Source of the DNA: Lama glama
Taxonomy: Eukaryota
Reading direction: 5' to 3'
Assembly: GCA_028534125.1 (NCBI GenBank)
Contig: CM052816.1
Coordinates: 70,744,001-70,808,000 of the forward strand
DNA: 64,000 nucleotides
The translations under genes were made by a program, and so were the position numbers. The first letter of the stretch is position 1; every line of letters begins with the position of its first letter. A model generated the notes under the pieces. The model was not told the DNA's origin. It did no database searches and saw only the letters and a program-made list of their open reading frames with translations. Shown in pieces: positions 36,836 to 50,375 of this stretch.

Positions 36836-39183
36836 GTGCAATCACCTATACTACACAATGTAGGAACGAATTTTTATGTGAAGAAATTCTATATCTTAAA
36901 ATGCCTAAGAACCACTAATCTATTCTGGACTTTCCTTTTTCCTCCTAGTAGAAATAAGGCAAAGATCCAAAGAGGTTAAGTGATGGACTCAGGTCACACC
37001 ACATAAATGGTAGAACTCCAAATGGAGCTCGGATCCCGGCCCTCAGGCTGTGGTTCTGTGCTTCCGCAGCTGTGCCTCGCACTGCCCCCAGTGGAATTTG
37101 GCCAGCACCTCTGTGTGTTTCAAGCAAGGATCTCCCACTTCTTCAAGGGATTCTTCAGCCTGCAGAAGAATACCTTGTTTTCTTTCATGCCATTATGAGA
37201 AAATAGGGACTTCCTCATTGTTTTATCCTAAATAATGAATGGCTTTAAGCAAGTTCTGTTAGCTAATGGTTGTTACAGAGAAAGGTTCAAGATAATCTGA
37301 TTCAAAACCCAGATTGCTGTTTTCAGTTTAAGTCACCCAATATTTGATAGCTTGAGATCATCAAATTCTATTCAGCAGATCAAATATCATATAGTGTGTT
37401 TTGCAAACCAGAACTAGAGTGCAGTGGGGAGTGACATTGCTCAACTCAAGACTTGCTCAACTTGCTGCTGTGTTACGCCCATGCTCTGTGGCATAGAATT
37501 ATTGGATGTTGATTGCATATTTGTCAAGGTGTTGGAGTAGGCCCAGAACTGTTCTGAGGAATTCTTTGCTCTGCCAATAGGGGTTTCTTGCCCGACCCCG
37601 ATATGTAGATGAGGTAGCCACCTATTCAGCAACAAGTCTTGGTTAGGCTATTTAATTGCTATAGGAAACCTGTTCAGCTGATTGTCAAAGAGTTTGGATT
37701 TGCCCTTAATCAGCAACACACAACATCTGCACTGTAAGTTCTAGCCAAAGAATACAATTTTGAACTCTTTGCTATTCAATTCCTATCAAAGTTTTGGTTT
37801 TGAGAAATTATAATCAAGGGGGATTGACTGAAAGCTAGCAAATCCTTAAATGCTATAGATGGTTTTAAAAAAATGTGTCTCAATCTGTAAGAATGTTCCG
37901 AATATTTACCATGTAGGTTTAGCCTCTTCTAAAAAGGTTTTTAATCAGTTACATTGCACGTATGCTGTTAACTAGCATGGAGGAAGCAGCTACTCAAAGG
38001 AAATCCACTTAAAGTTCTTACAGGGTCATCGCTGAGAAGAGGGTCCATTACATTTCAGAGTTTGCTTTTAATGAGAACTCACAAGAGAAGTTCCTCTCAG
38101 ATCTTAGTAATAAAATCATCTGTTCATGTGTTTTGTTTTGTTTTTGCTTTTGTTTTTACTTATAGATACCAAGAGTCTTTTCACTGGTTTTATTTCATTC
38201 TTTGCTTTTATTTCTAGGAAATGCTGAGTCAAATTTGCAGCCTGTTTTTCTAGCCCATGTGAAATGCATTTTTGAAAAATGTACTAACCAATCTTTTTCT
38301 CCTTCTATATTTCCCTTCTATGTAATCTCGTTTGTGTTTTAAGAAGCTATGAACTTTTTCCCCAGAATAACAAATACCTATAAAAGGAAAATCAAGAACA
38401 GGACACTTTTAGGTCATATTTAGGGTAATGAGTTTTAGAAGTGGCTATAAGAATCAGCACCTGTGTTTATCTGGGTCTCTGCTCTCTCGTCCTGGTCGGT
38501 CTTCACCCAGACACACTGCCTCTTCGTTTTCCCATACTTCTAACTCTGCTTCTACTGGCACTGGCACTGCAGTTAGAGAGAGAACTGCCTCTGTCCCCTC
38601 GTGGTTGGTTAGAACAGATGTTAGCTGGTCCCCGAGGCATCATGTTGAAGGTATATCGGCTGAAGGGAAAAATGGTTAAATTGATTCCTTGAAAGAAGGG
38701 AAGAGGTAAAGAAGGGGAATGAGGAGAAAAGAAACTGAGGAGGGAGAGGATTTGGAAACATGGGAGACTGGACACAACCTCGGGGACGAGATAAGAAGGA
38801 AACTGATGAACCATTTCCATCAGAAGAAAGACATGCTCTTTATAGATGAAATTCGTTTTCTGGGTGGTGAGCGCTGCACACCTCTGCTCTGTTTTCCACT
38901 TGTCCTTGCGAGAAAAGAATCTCAGTGCTAATTGTGGGAGTGTATTTTTTGTGGAGTTTGAAGAGATGAGTTTTCTGCCTGGGACCATGGGGGCAGCCCA
39001 CAGGGAGAATGCAGGGTCATGGGAGCCCAGAAGTCTGGGTTAATATAGGACCCTGGGAACTTAAAATCTCAGGGAGCGATTCAGGCTTCCAGAGGCCAAG
39101 ACAGTGTGAGGGAAGGGACAGGCTTCTAGTCAAATTTACTTAAATCTAGGAGTGACAGAAGGTCCCACTGACATTTTTTTAAA

Positions 39184-39308
39184 ATAGGGTAATTTATCAT
39201 CCAAACCAGGATACTTTAAGGATGAAAGGGGGTGCCATTAATAAATATTGTTGTAACAGCAGGTATACATCAGTGCTGCCTCGGGCAAACTGGGACAAAT
39301 GAATGCCT
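39184..39308. mobile_element. MER94-like hAT-Blackjack MITE
   Basis: taatttatcatccaaaccaggatacttt...gaaagggggtgccattaataa...gggcaaactgggaca. Confidence 0.7.
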
Positions 39309-40522
39309 TGAAGATGATACTCGATAGTTTCCAATTATGTGCATAAAGGTTTGAAAACGCTCTTTTAGGAAATACCTGTTTACATTAACTAGTTACAGAG
39401 ACTCTTGAATACTCCTGCTTTAAGTACTCAAGTTTATGGTCATCATAGTGCATTTTCCAGCCACCCCCAGTTCTTTTGACCCCAGACCTGACCCTTCTAG
39501 GTGGGCTTCTCTTTCTCTGTGATCCCACAGACCTAGCTCATGTCTGAGTTCTCAATTACAAACCCAGACTGTTTCACACAGTAGTTTCGTCACTATCCAT
39601 TACTAAGCTTTATTAGTCATGGCTTCTATTTCTATTGCAAATCACAATACCTGGCACAAAAGTCTATTCAGTGATTGTCTATTAAATAAATAAATGAGTT
39701 GAAATATCTTTTGCAGTCAATGTCACATGTTTTTACGTCCATAAATTCTTGTGTCAACATGCCCTGAGGCAGCAGGCTGAGTTCCATGCACTTGCATCGT
39801 GAACCCTTCAGGCCCTTGGGTTAGATTGCCAATTTCTCAGGTAGGAGAGAAGCTGAGCAGCGTAATATATTGGAATTGCGCGTCGGTTCCTGGGGGCACC
39901 TGAGCCTAAGGGTTGACTGGTGTGATGCCAACTTCTCTCTTACTACCTGCGGAGAAAGCATTGCTGCTTTCTGACTCAGAGAATTACTGGCTTGTGTTGG
40001 ATTTTCTGATCTTATTAAATATGTTTTCTTCTAATGCATTGCCAACAAACCACAGATTTCTAAACATTTTGAGGGCTATGATTTTTCGTATTTTGAATGA
40101 CTGTGCAGTGACAAAGATGTGTTGTGGGAGGTGCGAGAGCTGACATAATAGACAATAACAACTCTCTCAAAGTGGCATTAAAATCTGCCTCCTACAATGA
40201 ATTTCTATTCCATTTAGAGTGGGTCGGAAGTTTTTTCCTCTCATGTTTCAAAGGACTAAGAATATTTTTACCGTATGTATTACCATCTGCTTTTTAGAAG
40301 GTTTGTTGCTATGTTAATGTATGTTTGAAATGTCTTCTGAGGATCATATATTTCTTCCAATTTTTGTAACATTTAATAAGTGCTCTTTCAAAATTGATTA
40401 ACATCAGTAATGATGAGAAAATGGCCTTACACATTTTTCATAGGCATATGCAACTCAGGTAAGTAAGTTTTCCTAAGATTTTATTTGTTGCTGTGTGAGG
40501 TCGTATGATTTAACTCTTTCTT

Positions 40523-41236
40523 TTTAAAAAATTTTTATTGAAGTGTAGTTGATTTACAATGCTAATTTCAGCTGTAATTCAAAGTGATTCAGTTTTACAT
40601 ACACATACATTTATTTTTTTATTTTCAGGTTCTTTTTCATTATATGTTATCACAAGAAATTGAATATAGTTCTCTGTACTATAAAGTAGGTCCTTATTGT
40701 TTATCTATTTTATATGTGGTAACGTGTGTCTGTCAGCCCCCAGTGCCTATTTTATCCCTCCCCGTCCTTTCCCCTTTGGTAACCATAGTTTGTTTTCTAT
40801 GTCTGTGAGTCTGTTTTTGGTTTGTAATAGAATTTGTATTTTTTTATATTCCACATATAAGTGATATCATATGATATTAGTCTTTCTCTGTCTGACTTAC
40901 TTCACTTAATATGATAATCTCTAGGTCCATTCATGTTGCTGCAAATGGCATTATTTCATTCTTTTTTTATCGCTGAGTAGTATTCTATTGTGCATACACA
41001 ATACACATACATATATATACCATGTCACACACACATATATATATATATACCACATCTTTATCCAGTCATCTGTTGATAGGCATTTAGATTGTTTTCATGT
41101 CTTGGCTATTGTAGATAGTGCTGCTGTGAACATTGGGGTGCATGTGTCTTTTTGAATTATAATTTTCTCCAGATATTTGCCCAGTGATGGGATTGCTGGA
41201 CCATATGTTAAGTCTATTTTTAGTTTTTTAAGGGAC
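40523..41236 (-). mobile_element. 5'-truncated L1 (ORF2 end plus 3' UTR) with TSD
   Basis: Antisense L1 (tctaggtccattcatgttgctgcaaatggc, gtgctgctgtgaacattggggtgcatg). TSD ttaa(c/a)tctttctt at 40510-40522 and 41237-41249. Confidence 0.9.
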
Positions 41237-41489
41237 TTAAATCTTTCTTGATCTGTTTGGTTTTACAGACCTTAGAACAACATCTTGATCTTATGTGCTG
41301 TCATGATAGCGTTACCTTTTGTCCCTTCACTGTCTTCCCTCTTCTAAAACATTAGCACAACAGCTATAAAGCCATCTGTGGGGCTGTTGTTGCTGTTATG
41401 GCCTGGTATCCAGTCCCCCTCCAATGGAAGAATAGCTTAATTTTGGTTTGGGATACTAAATATTTCCAAATAACCATCAGGTATTTGAC

Positions 41490-41950
41490 TAGTGTCCACT
41501 CCACTCCAAATTATGGGCCTTGAATCCTAAGTGACTGAACCCGGTCAACAAATATCATTCTGGCCAGTTCAGAGGTTGGCAATAACCCAGTCATAGTTAA
41601 TGAGACATGAGGAGATGTTTACTGGTGTTTCTGGATCCTAGATATTTTCTCTCTTCCTACAGTTGATATAATTTGAAGATGCAAGGTTTGGAACCTTGTA
41701 GAAACTTGCTATCACCAAAGCAGAGCCCTTGGATACTGCTGGGCCTCTTTGGAGAGTTCAGGGATGGAGTGAGTACCATTGATAGTTGAGCAAATGTGCA
41801 GAGAACTGAGTTTTTGTAACCTCCTTGGAATTGCTCCATAAAACCTCTCCCGGGTTTAGAACTTCCTTTGGATCTTCAGTAATATGAGACAATAATTTCC
41901 TTTTACAGTTTTAAGCTAGTTTGAGTGGGAATTTCTATACTGTGTAATTG
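41490..41950 (+). mobile_element. Old MaLR LTR (MLT1J/K-like)
   Basis: aatgagacatgaggagatgtttactgg...ttcagtaatatgagacaataatttccttt...tttaagctagtttgagtggg. Confidence 0.55.
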
Positions 41951-42509
41951 AAGAAATTCGATTTCATATGTAAGGATTTCGAAAGACATCAGCAATGTTT
42001 TGATTTCTTATGGGTACTTCTGGAATCAACTCAGATGGTAGAAAGGAACTACCAAGGAACAGTAAAGCGAGAGTTAAGAACAGTCAATTTTCTAAGTATC
42101 CAATGCAAGTTTGTTTATTTTCACACACTAGCACAATTTTGTCATCTTCAGACAAACTCCCACTGCATGGAAATTGTTTAAATAATAGTTATATTTGACT
42201 CTTTTCCCGGAGTAGAGATTCAGCTTCAATTTTAACTTAAAATCTGGACACTGTAAGTATTCCATAATAATATTCTCTTTCAAAACTATTTCAACATTTT
42301 GTTTACTTGATGCTAATTACTCTGTTGGGAGGCAGTAAGATATTGAGGGTAAATGGTGGGAAACAGCCCTCATTATTCTTTCCTCTTTTTCTCTACTCTG
42401 TATGCTTCTGATACTTAGCCAGAATCTTAGCCTTCCTGTGGCTCAGAGTCTCTATCTATAAAACTTTCATTATAACATTAACTACCTTATAGGTTGACTA
42501 TAATATTCA

Positions 42510-43960
42510 TTTGACCATTGTTTATAACTGAAAATTGGAAACTATAAATGGCCAAAATAGAGGAATGGGTGAATAAATTTTGTCACATGCATATGATGCA
42601 TTAGGCAACCTTGAAAAAATCATGTGTTTAATAAATAATAGATTGAAATGATGTTATGATAGAAAGTTAAGCGTAATATAAAGCAGAATGTACAATCAAA
42701 TATACAGCATTAGCCAAACACATAAACTAGTATTTTGTATACTTGGGAAAATGATTCAAAATAAGTAAAGATTTCAAGATAGTATCAGCAGTTATCTTTT
42801 TAAGTTAGGATTTCTCTCTTAGTTTGGGCTGCTAAAACAAAAATACCACAGACTGGATGACTTAAACAACAAAATTTTATTTCTCACAGTTCTAGAGGCT
42901 GGGATGGCCAAGATCCAGGTGCCAGTCTGTTCTGTTCCTAGTAAAAGCACTCTCTGGTCTGCAGAGGATGCCTCCTTGCTGTACCCTTACATGGCAGAGA
43001 GAGCAGGAGAGCTGTAGTTTATTTCTCTTCTTTTAAGGACACTAATTCCATTGTAGGGATTCCACCCATCTGACCTCATCTAAACCTAATTAGCTCTAAA
43101 AATTACACCTACTAATACACTATCTCCTTTTAGGTGTTTCATATGAATTTTGGGGGCATATAACCATGCAGTCCATAATAGTTATCTTTTACATATATTT
43201 TAATACACATTTGACACCTCTTTTCTATAGTAAGTCCAGCAATTTTTATAGGAAATGTATTACAATAGTGTTTCTAATAGGGAAAGAATTGGAAGAGCCC
43301 AAATTTCCTTCATCAAATGGAAATAGCTAATTGTATTATGGAACAGTCAGACCTGAGAATATTACTCAATAATTAACAAAATGGAAGGATGTCCAAGATT
43401 TACTTAGAATAAAATCAATAAGGATCTTGTGATCCCAGGCAAGGCAAGTCTGAAAGGCATGGTCTGAAATCTGAAACTGCAGACTCACTCACTTAAAATT
43501 ACTCTCACTTTTACTCAAGCAAGAACTGAGCAGTATAGGGTATTGAGCATGCTAGTAAATGAATCTGCTCCTATTTCCTAACAGAGGCTTACACAAAGCT
43601 TGAAGGTCCCTGAAATCTATAAGAAATGAGGAATCTCCCAGAATAGGAGGAAAAGTGATGGGAATGGAGGGTGGGAGTGTGAGCCCCAAAGACCCACCCC
43701 ATTACTGTTCAAGCAGTCTCTGCTGAGCCAAGTGTTATACTTCCATCCTCTTTCTTACTTTGTTATGGGGCTTAATCTAGTTTCAGTGCTGCAGGTCTAG
43801 CAACAGTTTATGCAATCTCATTAATTTGGGAAAAAGTTATATACAAATGCAAATCAAGATACACACTCAGTTGTTTACAGTCATTACCTCTGGGAGGAAA
43901 ACATACTTAGAGGATTTGATCTTCTCCTGTGTGTACTTCTATATTTGAATTTTCCCTCCA
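42510..43960 (+). mobile_element. Old L1ME-type 3' fragments with nested insertions
   Basis: attgtttataactgaaaattggaaac...gaatgggtgaataaatt; ttggaagagcccaaat; cattacctctgggagg. Fragmented, with approximate boundaries. Confidence 0.45.
42815..43180 (-). mobile_element. MaLR solo LTR (MLT1A-like)
   Basis: gggctgctaaaacaaaaataccacagactggatgacttaaacaac...ttctcacagttctagaggctggga...aaggacactaattcca...catatgaatttt. Confidence 0.8.
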
Positions 43961-44089
43961 AATTCATCTCCCAATTGGGTAATAAAGAGAACAGTAATAC
44001 TTGTTAGATAGTGATTATGTAGGTAAATAAATTATAACTTGATTAATAACTCATGTGTTATATATAATAATACTTGGTCCATGCTACAA

Positions 44090-44200
44090 TAATATATTGT
44101 ACAACATGAGGAATACAGCCAATATTTTATAGTAACTATAAGTGAAGTATAACCCTTAAAATTATATAAAATTAAAAAAAATGTACTTCAAAAGCAAAAA
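44090..44200 (+). mobile_element. Short L1 3' end fragment
   Basis: tacaacatgaggaatacagccaatattttatagtaactata followed by an A-rich tail. Confidence 0.6.
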
Positions 44201-44594
44201 TAATAATACCAAGTCAAGGAAACTTGGCCAAATGAGTTTGTCAGCCTGGACTCCAATAGCTTGATAAGGGCAAGTAACTAGTCCTATAGCCAATCTAAGG
44301 AGTGTTACTGGCCACTTGACCAGATTCCACTTGCCACTTCCTCAATCTGTTTTTCCTATGCATGAATATTTGTCCACGGCCCTAAAGATAGTATGTTTTA
44401 GCCAAAAGGATCAGTAGAATGTGTTGGGTGAGATGTGGGACTATTCATATGGCACTTATTTATCATTTTCTAAGCAGCTATTGTGCATCAGTCATCGAAG
44501 CTGCAGAGATGTGTAGGAAGCAGCCTATGCCCTCAGGGAGCTCACTGCCCAGCAGGAAAGGCAAACCATTCCCAGTATTATTAGCACAGAATTC

Positions 44595-44760
44595 AAGAGC
44601 CAGGCTCTGGAGGCTGACTGGGTTAGCAGCTGCTGTGTGGTCTGGTAGGGAATGTCTTAACTTTACCACTTCTATTTCCTCACCTAGAACATAGGGCAAT
44701 CATGGTGTCTACTTCTTCAGGTTACTGTATGGATCAACTGAGATAACATATGTAAACTTT
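44595..44760 (+). mobile_element. MIR SINE
   Basis: gagccaggctctggag...gctgtgtggtctgg...tttcctcacctag...tacttcttcaggttactgt...tgagataacatatgtaaa. Confidence 0.6.
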
Positions 44761-45106
44761 ACCTTAAATTTTAAATAAATAATTGTGATGTATTATGACA
44801 AGAGCTATAACACTGCTCAGCAAAATGATGTCATGGTAGCTGTGATGATGTAGTCCAGTGGGAATTTGCATGTACTATCGATATCTTCCGTACCCTTGGT
44901 TTGTAATGTGAGCACATGGATCCTGAATTAGGATGTTAGCAGTGTCTTTAGTGGTTTTGAGAGACTTCATTAGTAGAGTCTCTGCCTCTTGGGAGAATTT
45001 TGACCAACTGTGCTTGGTATTCAAAACAATCTCTTCACTGTAGGGCTCAGTCTCCTGTGTTCACATTAGAACACTGATTTATAAACCTTTAAAAGATCTC
45101 AATCTG

Positions 45107-47168
45107 ATGATACTATACATAGAAACTCTAAAAGCTCCACACAAAAACTACTAGAGCAGATAAAAAATTTGGCAAGGTAGCAGGATACAAGATTAACATA
45201 CAGAAATCAGTTGCATTTCTTTACACTAACAACAAAATACCAGAAAAAGAAAGTAAAGAAACAATCAATTTTAAAATTGCATCCCCCCTCAAATAAATGT
45301 AGGAATAAATCTAACCAAGGAGGTGAAAGACATATGTGGAGAACTACAGAACAGTGATTGAGGAAATTAAAGGTGACTTAAGGAAATGGAAATATGTATC
45401 ATGCTCTGGGATTGGAAGAATCAATATTGTTAAAATGGCCATACTGCCCAAGGCAATCTACAGATTTAATGTGATCCCTCTCAAATTACCTAGGACATTT
45501 TTCACAGAACTAGAACAAATAATCCTAATATTTATAAGGAATCGCAGAAGATCCAGAATTGCCAAGGCAATACTGAAGAAAAAGAATGAAGCTGGAGGAA
45601 TAACCCTCCCAGACTTCAAACAACACTGCAGAGCTGCAGTAATCAAAATAGTGTGGTATTGGCACAAAAACAGACATATGGATCAATGGAACAGAATAGA
45701 GAGCCCAGAAATAAACCCACGGACTTATGGTCAATTAATTTTCAACGAAGGAGGCAAAAATATACAACGGAGAAAAGACAATCTCTTCAGCAAGTTGTGT
45801 AAACTGGAAATGTGTCAGATGGGAAAACTGGACAGCAGCATGTAAATCAGTGAAGTTAGAACACTCCCTCACACGACACACAAAGATAAACTCAAAGTGA
45901 CTTAAAGACTTAAATATAAGACAAGACACTATAAACCTTCTAGAAGAAAGCATAGGCAAAACATTCTCTGATGTAAATCTTAGCAATGTTCTCCTAGGGC
46001 AGTCTACCCTCGCAATAGAAACAAAAGAAAAAATAAGCAAATGAGACCTAATTAAATTTACAAGCTTTTGCACAGCAAAGGAAACCATAAGCAAAACAAA
46101 ACAACCTACAGAATAGGAGAAAATGATGTGACTGACAAAGATTTAATTTTCAGAATATATAAACAACCCATACAACTTAATAACAAAAAAACCCAATAAC
46201 TCAATCCAAAAATGGGCAGAAGACCTAACAAGTAATTCTCCATTGAATATATACAAATGGCCAATAGGCACGTGAAGAATGCTCAATATCTCTAATTATC
46301 AGAGAAATGCAAATCAAAACTACGATGAAGTATCACCTCTCACCAGTCAGAATGGCCATCATTAAAAAGTCCACAAACTATAAATGCTGGAGAGGGTGTG
46401 GAGAAAAGGGAGCACTCCTACACTGTTAGTGGGAATGTTGATTTGTGCAGCCATTATGGAAAATGGTATGGAGATTCCTCAAAAAACTAAAAGTAGACTT
46501 AACCATATGATCCAGCAATCCTACTCCAGGGCATATAGCCAGAGGGAACTCTAATTCAAAAAGATACTTGTGCCCCAATGTTCATAGCAGCACTATTTAA
46601 AGTAGCCAAGACATGGAAACAACCTAAATGTCCACCGACAGATGACTGGATAAAGAAGTTGTGGTATATTTATACAATGGGATACTACTCACTGATAAAA
46701 AAGAATGAAATAATGCCACTTGTAGCAACATGGATAGATCTGGAGATCATCATTCTAAGTGAAGTAATCCAGAAAGAGAAAGAAAAATACCATATGGTAT
46801 CACTTATATGCGGAATTTAAAAAAAAAAAAGAAAGAAAAAAGAAGACACTAGTGAACTTATCTATAAAACAGAAACAGACTCACAGATATAGTAAACAAA
46901 CCTGTGGTTACCAGGGAGGAAAAGGTTGGGAAAGGATAAATTGGGAGTTCAAGAATTGCTAATATTAACTACTACATATAAAATAGACTTAAAAAAAAAT
47001 CTCTTCTGTATAGCACAGGGAACTGTATTCAATATCATGTAGTAACCTATAATGAAAAAGTATATGAAAACGAATATATGTATGTATATGTGTGACTGAA
47101 ACATGCTGTACGCCAGAAATTGACACACTGTAACTGACTATACTTCAATTTAAAAAAAAAAAGGAAAA
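45107..47168 (+). mobile_element. 5'-truncated LINE-1 (~2.06 kb): disrupted ORF2 C-terminal part, 3' UTR and poly(A)
   Basis: ORF fragments [19 protein letters not shown]...GGITLPDFK...[14 protein letters not shown] and MFIAALF.VAKTWKQPKCP..DDWIKKLWYIYTM are L1 ORF2p. Insertion is at ttt|aaaa (45088-45094). Decayed TSD aaaagatctcaatctg (45091-45106) vs gagagaccccagtctg (47169-47184). Confidence 0.97.
45336..46820 (+). pseudogene. L1 ORF2p remnant (post-RT and C-terminal region), frameshifted with stops
   Basis: ORF-track pieces 45336-45845 and 46578-46820 are unambiguous L1 ORF2p, separated by stops and frameshifts. Confidence 0.9.
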
Positions 47169-48489
47169 GAGAGACCCCAGTCTGTTGTTCTGGTGTCTAC
47201 TGTGAGGGGCGTGTGTGAATCCCTTTGTGCTATGTTCGTCCAGGATGCCTGTGAGCAGGCTTGATGCCTGTGAGCAGGAGGCTAGATCTGGTTTTCACGT
47301 GTGCCAGTGTGCAGAACAGCCCGCTGCACAAAGCTGACCCTTCCTTTTGTTCTTGCTCTGTGTTCAGTGTTCGTGTCTTAGAATTGGCTGTGGGCAGTTT
47401 CTCTCTTCTGCTGGACAGAGTGCCTAGAGTTGGTGAACATACTGTAGCTGGAGACTGTTACCCAGGAGGATGGAGGTGGCCCAGCAGGTTTCATATAAAC
47501 TGAGGGAAAATGCACCTTCGTATCCCAGAGGGATTGGAATTCAAAATAAAAATGGCCCTCCTGAACTTACAAGCCCTTTAAGCAGTAGTGAAATTGTTTT
47601 TCTGAGAAGTTAATTGTTATGACTCTTACAGGTTTTTGGTTTTTGTTTGTTTGTTTTGTTTTTTAGTATTTCCTTTTAATGATGCAACAGGCACCGAATG
47701 ATTTATGGGTAGATCTTATGCAAAACCACTTGTTCTGCTCAACTGACTCATAGGTTCTAAATGGCTCATGAGTATCCTTTTAAATTCCTATTATGATAAA
47801 TGAGACCAAATGGCACATTTTGCTGTATTGTCTAAATTGTTCACATTTCTCTGCATATTGCCTGACTCTTGTAATAGTATAAAATAGGTTTGGAGATAAA
47901 TTGCATAAACCCCGACTCATGCTTCAAAATTCAGCCTCTTGTGGTGCATAGCATGCCTCTCTATTAAAGTAAAAAGAAATGAAGCAAACAGTTGGATTTG
48001 TGACAATCCTTCCTGCCTTCTCTAAAATGACTTCTTTTTCTTCTCTTTACTCTTTGATGTTCATCATAGAGATTTTCTGGGTCCCCAGGTACCTCAGCAC
48101 CATAGACACAGTGGGAACCCGAGAAGCCAGTGCTTGCCATAAGCCCCTGTTGCTTAACCAGACTGATCTAGTACCACAGTGTTAAAAATAGACATCATAG
48201 TTCCTGGGGGCTGTCTCCAGATGTCAGAACTGAAAAAATAACTCCACATACCAGAGGGAGAATGTGGAAAAAATTAGTGTGTGTATTGTTTATATGATTC
48301 ATCAGTGACACTGAACATTCAGAGTGTGGGAACAAGGCCGTTAAATTCTATGAGCCTTAATTTTCCTATCTGTACAATAGGTCAAAACTGCTATAGCAAT
48401 TTTTGGGGGGGCTTTCATGTAATATATAAATAGTAAGCTAGGTAATTAGATCAAAGTGTTTAACCTAAGGGAGGTCCATACAGGAAAAG

Positions 48490-49077
48490 GAAATCATAAA
48501 GCACCCCAACGATGTCCAAACACTAATCCCTAGAAATATGAATATGTTTTAGCCCTTAAAATTGGGAGATTATCCTGGATTAACCAGGTGGGTTCAGTTT
48601 CATCCCATGAGCCTGTAAAAGCAGAGAACTCTCCCTGGCTAGAAGCAGAAGGGAAGGCAGAGAGATGCAGTAGAAGAGGAAGCGATTTGAAGTGTGAGAG
48701 CAGTTCTCCTTCTGCTGTTGATGAAAGGAGGTCACATGGAACCCATGAGGAGGAATGCAGGCAGTGTGTGGAAGCAAAGAATCATCCCTGCTGATAGCCA
48801 GCAAGGACCTCAGTCCTACAACAACAAGGAACTGCTTTTATCCAATGACCTGAAAGGGCTTGGAAGTAGGTTTTTCCCAGAGCCTCCAGCAGAGAACACA
48901 GGACTTGTAGCTGTGTACAATACCCGTACTTAGTCCTTGTAAGACTCTAAGTAGAAGTCTGCACTGAGCCACACTGTGCCCAGCCTTCTGATCTATAGAA
49001 CGATGAGATAATTTAGGGGTGTTTAAAGCCACTATGTGTGCGGTAATTTGTTATAGTAGTGATAGGAAATAATACAC
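48490..49077 (+). mobile_element. MaLR solo LTR (MLT1E-like)
   Basis: gggagattatcctggatt...aaaagcagagaactctc...gccagcaaggacctcagtcctacaac...cccagagcctccag...ggtaatttgttatag...aataataca. Confidence 0.8.
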
Positions 49078-49870
49078 TGTTATTGCTGGGAGAAGAAAAA
49101 CTGAAGGAAAGTAATAAAGCATGTGGCGCCAATACCTGGCCTCCTCACAAATCCTTCAAGGCTAAAGACTGCAGAAGGGGAAACTTGCTGGAAAAGGGAG
49201 AGCCTCTGGAAGGAGGTCTCACAAGATGTTCTACCTGCCTGGGGGTCAATGCATTACCTCGTGGTAAAGGCAGTTTGGCATCGTCGTTTGCTTAGGCAAG
49301 AGGAGGTTTTGAAGTTGAACTTTCCTGGTCAGCAGTTGGTTCCTCTGTGCAGAGGTGAAATTAGTCACTGCAGGTTCCACTGCAGGGTCTAAGGGGCAGC
49401 TGGAAGTCAAGGTACGGCCCATTGGCACAGGGAACTCTTTGGAGCCCTGACCAAGCACAGCAGAGATCCCCAGTTCTCATAATTATTGGATTCAGATGCA
49501 GATGCAAATAAAGCAGGCAGCAATAAAGTGATGGCATTGCCTTGGAGACCAGAGGGCGAGAGGGCAATGCCCAGAGAGACTAGCTCATTCTTGCCACTGT
49601 GAGGTGGTGGAAAGCACGCACCTCCCTCCCTCTGCACATATATTGACATGTAATTTTGGAGTGGAGCCTGAGAGATGGAGAGAAGACCAAGAAGTCTGAG
49701 ACAGAACATTTCTCTAAGAAAAAGCTGTACTATCACAAAGGAACTGTTTAAATAGTCAGATCACAATAAAATTAAAAACCTGATGAAAGTTGTTTGTATT
49801 CTGCTGCCAATAACTAGGATCTCAGGAGAAATGGCAAATTAATTAAAATCAAAAGAATTTCATTTTCTCA

Positions 49871-50375
49871 TGATGATGGTTAATTTTATGTGTCAGATTG
49901 ACTGGTTGAGAGATGCCCAGATAGCTGATAAAATATTTTGGGGCATGTCTCAGAGGATGTCTGTAGAAGAGACTGGCATTTGAATCAGTGGACTTAGTAA
50001 AAAATTTCACCTTCACCAGTGCAGGTGGTCATCATCCAATTGGTTGAAGGCCTGAATAGAACAAAAAGGTGGAGGAAGGGCAAATTTGTTCTCTTTGCCC
50101 AAACTGGGACATCTGTCTTCTCAAGTTCTTGGACATCAGTGTTCTTGGCATTTGGACTCAACCAGACTTAACACCATCAACTTCTCGATTTTCAGTCCTC
50201 TGGACTTGTATTGAATTACCCCACTAGCTTTCCTAGTTCTCTAGCTTGCAGATGGCAGATTGTGGGACTTCCTTGCCTGCATAACCACGTGAACAAATAC
50301 CTTTAAAAAATCTCCTCTTATAAAAATATTTGTATATGTCCTATTGGTTCTGTTTCTTTGGAGAACCCTAATGCA
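49871..50375 (+). mobile_element. ERVL solo LTR (MLT2B-like)
   Basis: tgatggttaattttatgtgtca...gcatttgaatcagtggact...gcttgcagatggcagattgtgggactt...cctattggttctgtttctttggagaaccct. Confidence 0.9.

Noticed and set aside
38428..39043. Cluster of overlapping ORFs (up to 161 aa) on both strands
   Set aside because: No recognisable homology, splice structure, poly(A) or TSD; slightly higher GC explains the fewer stops.
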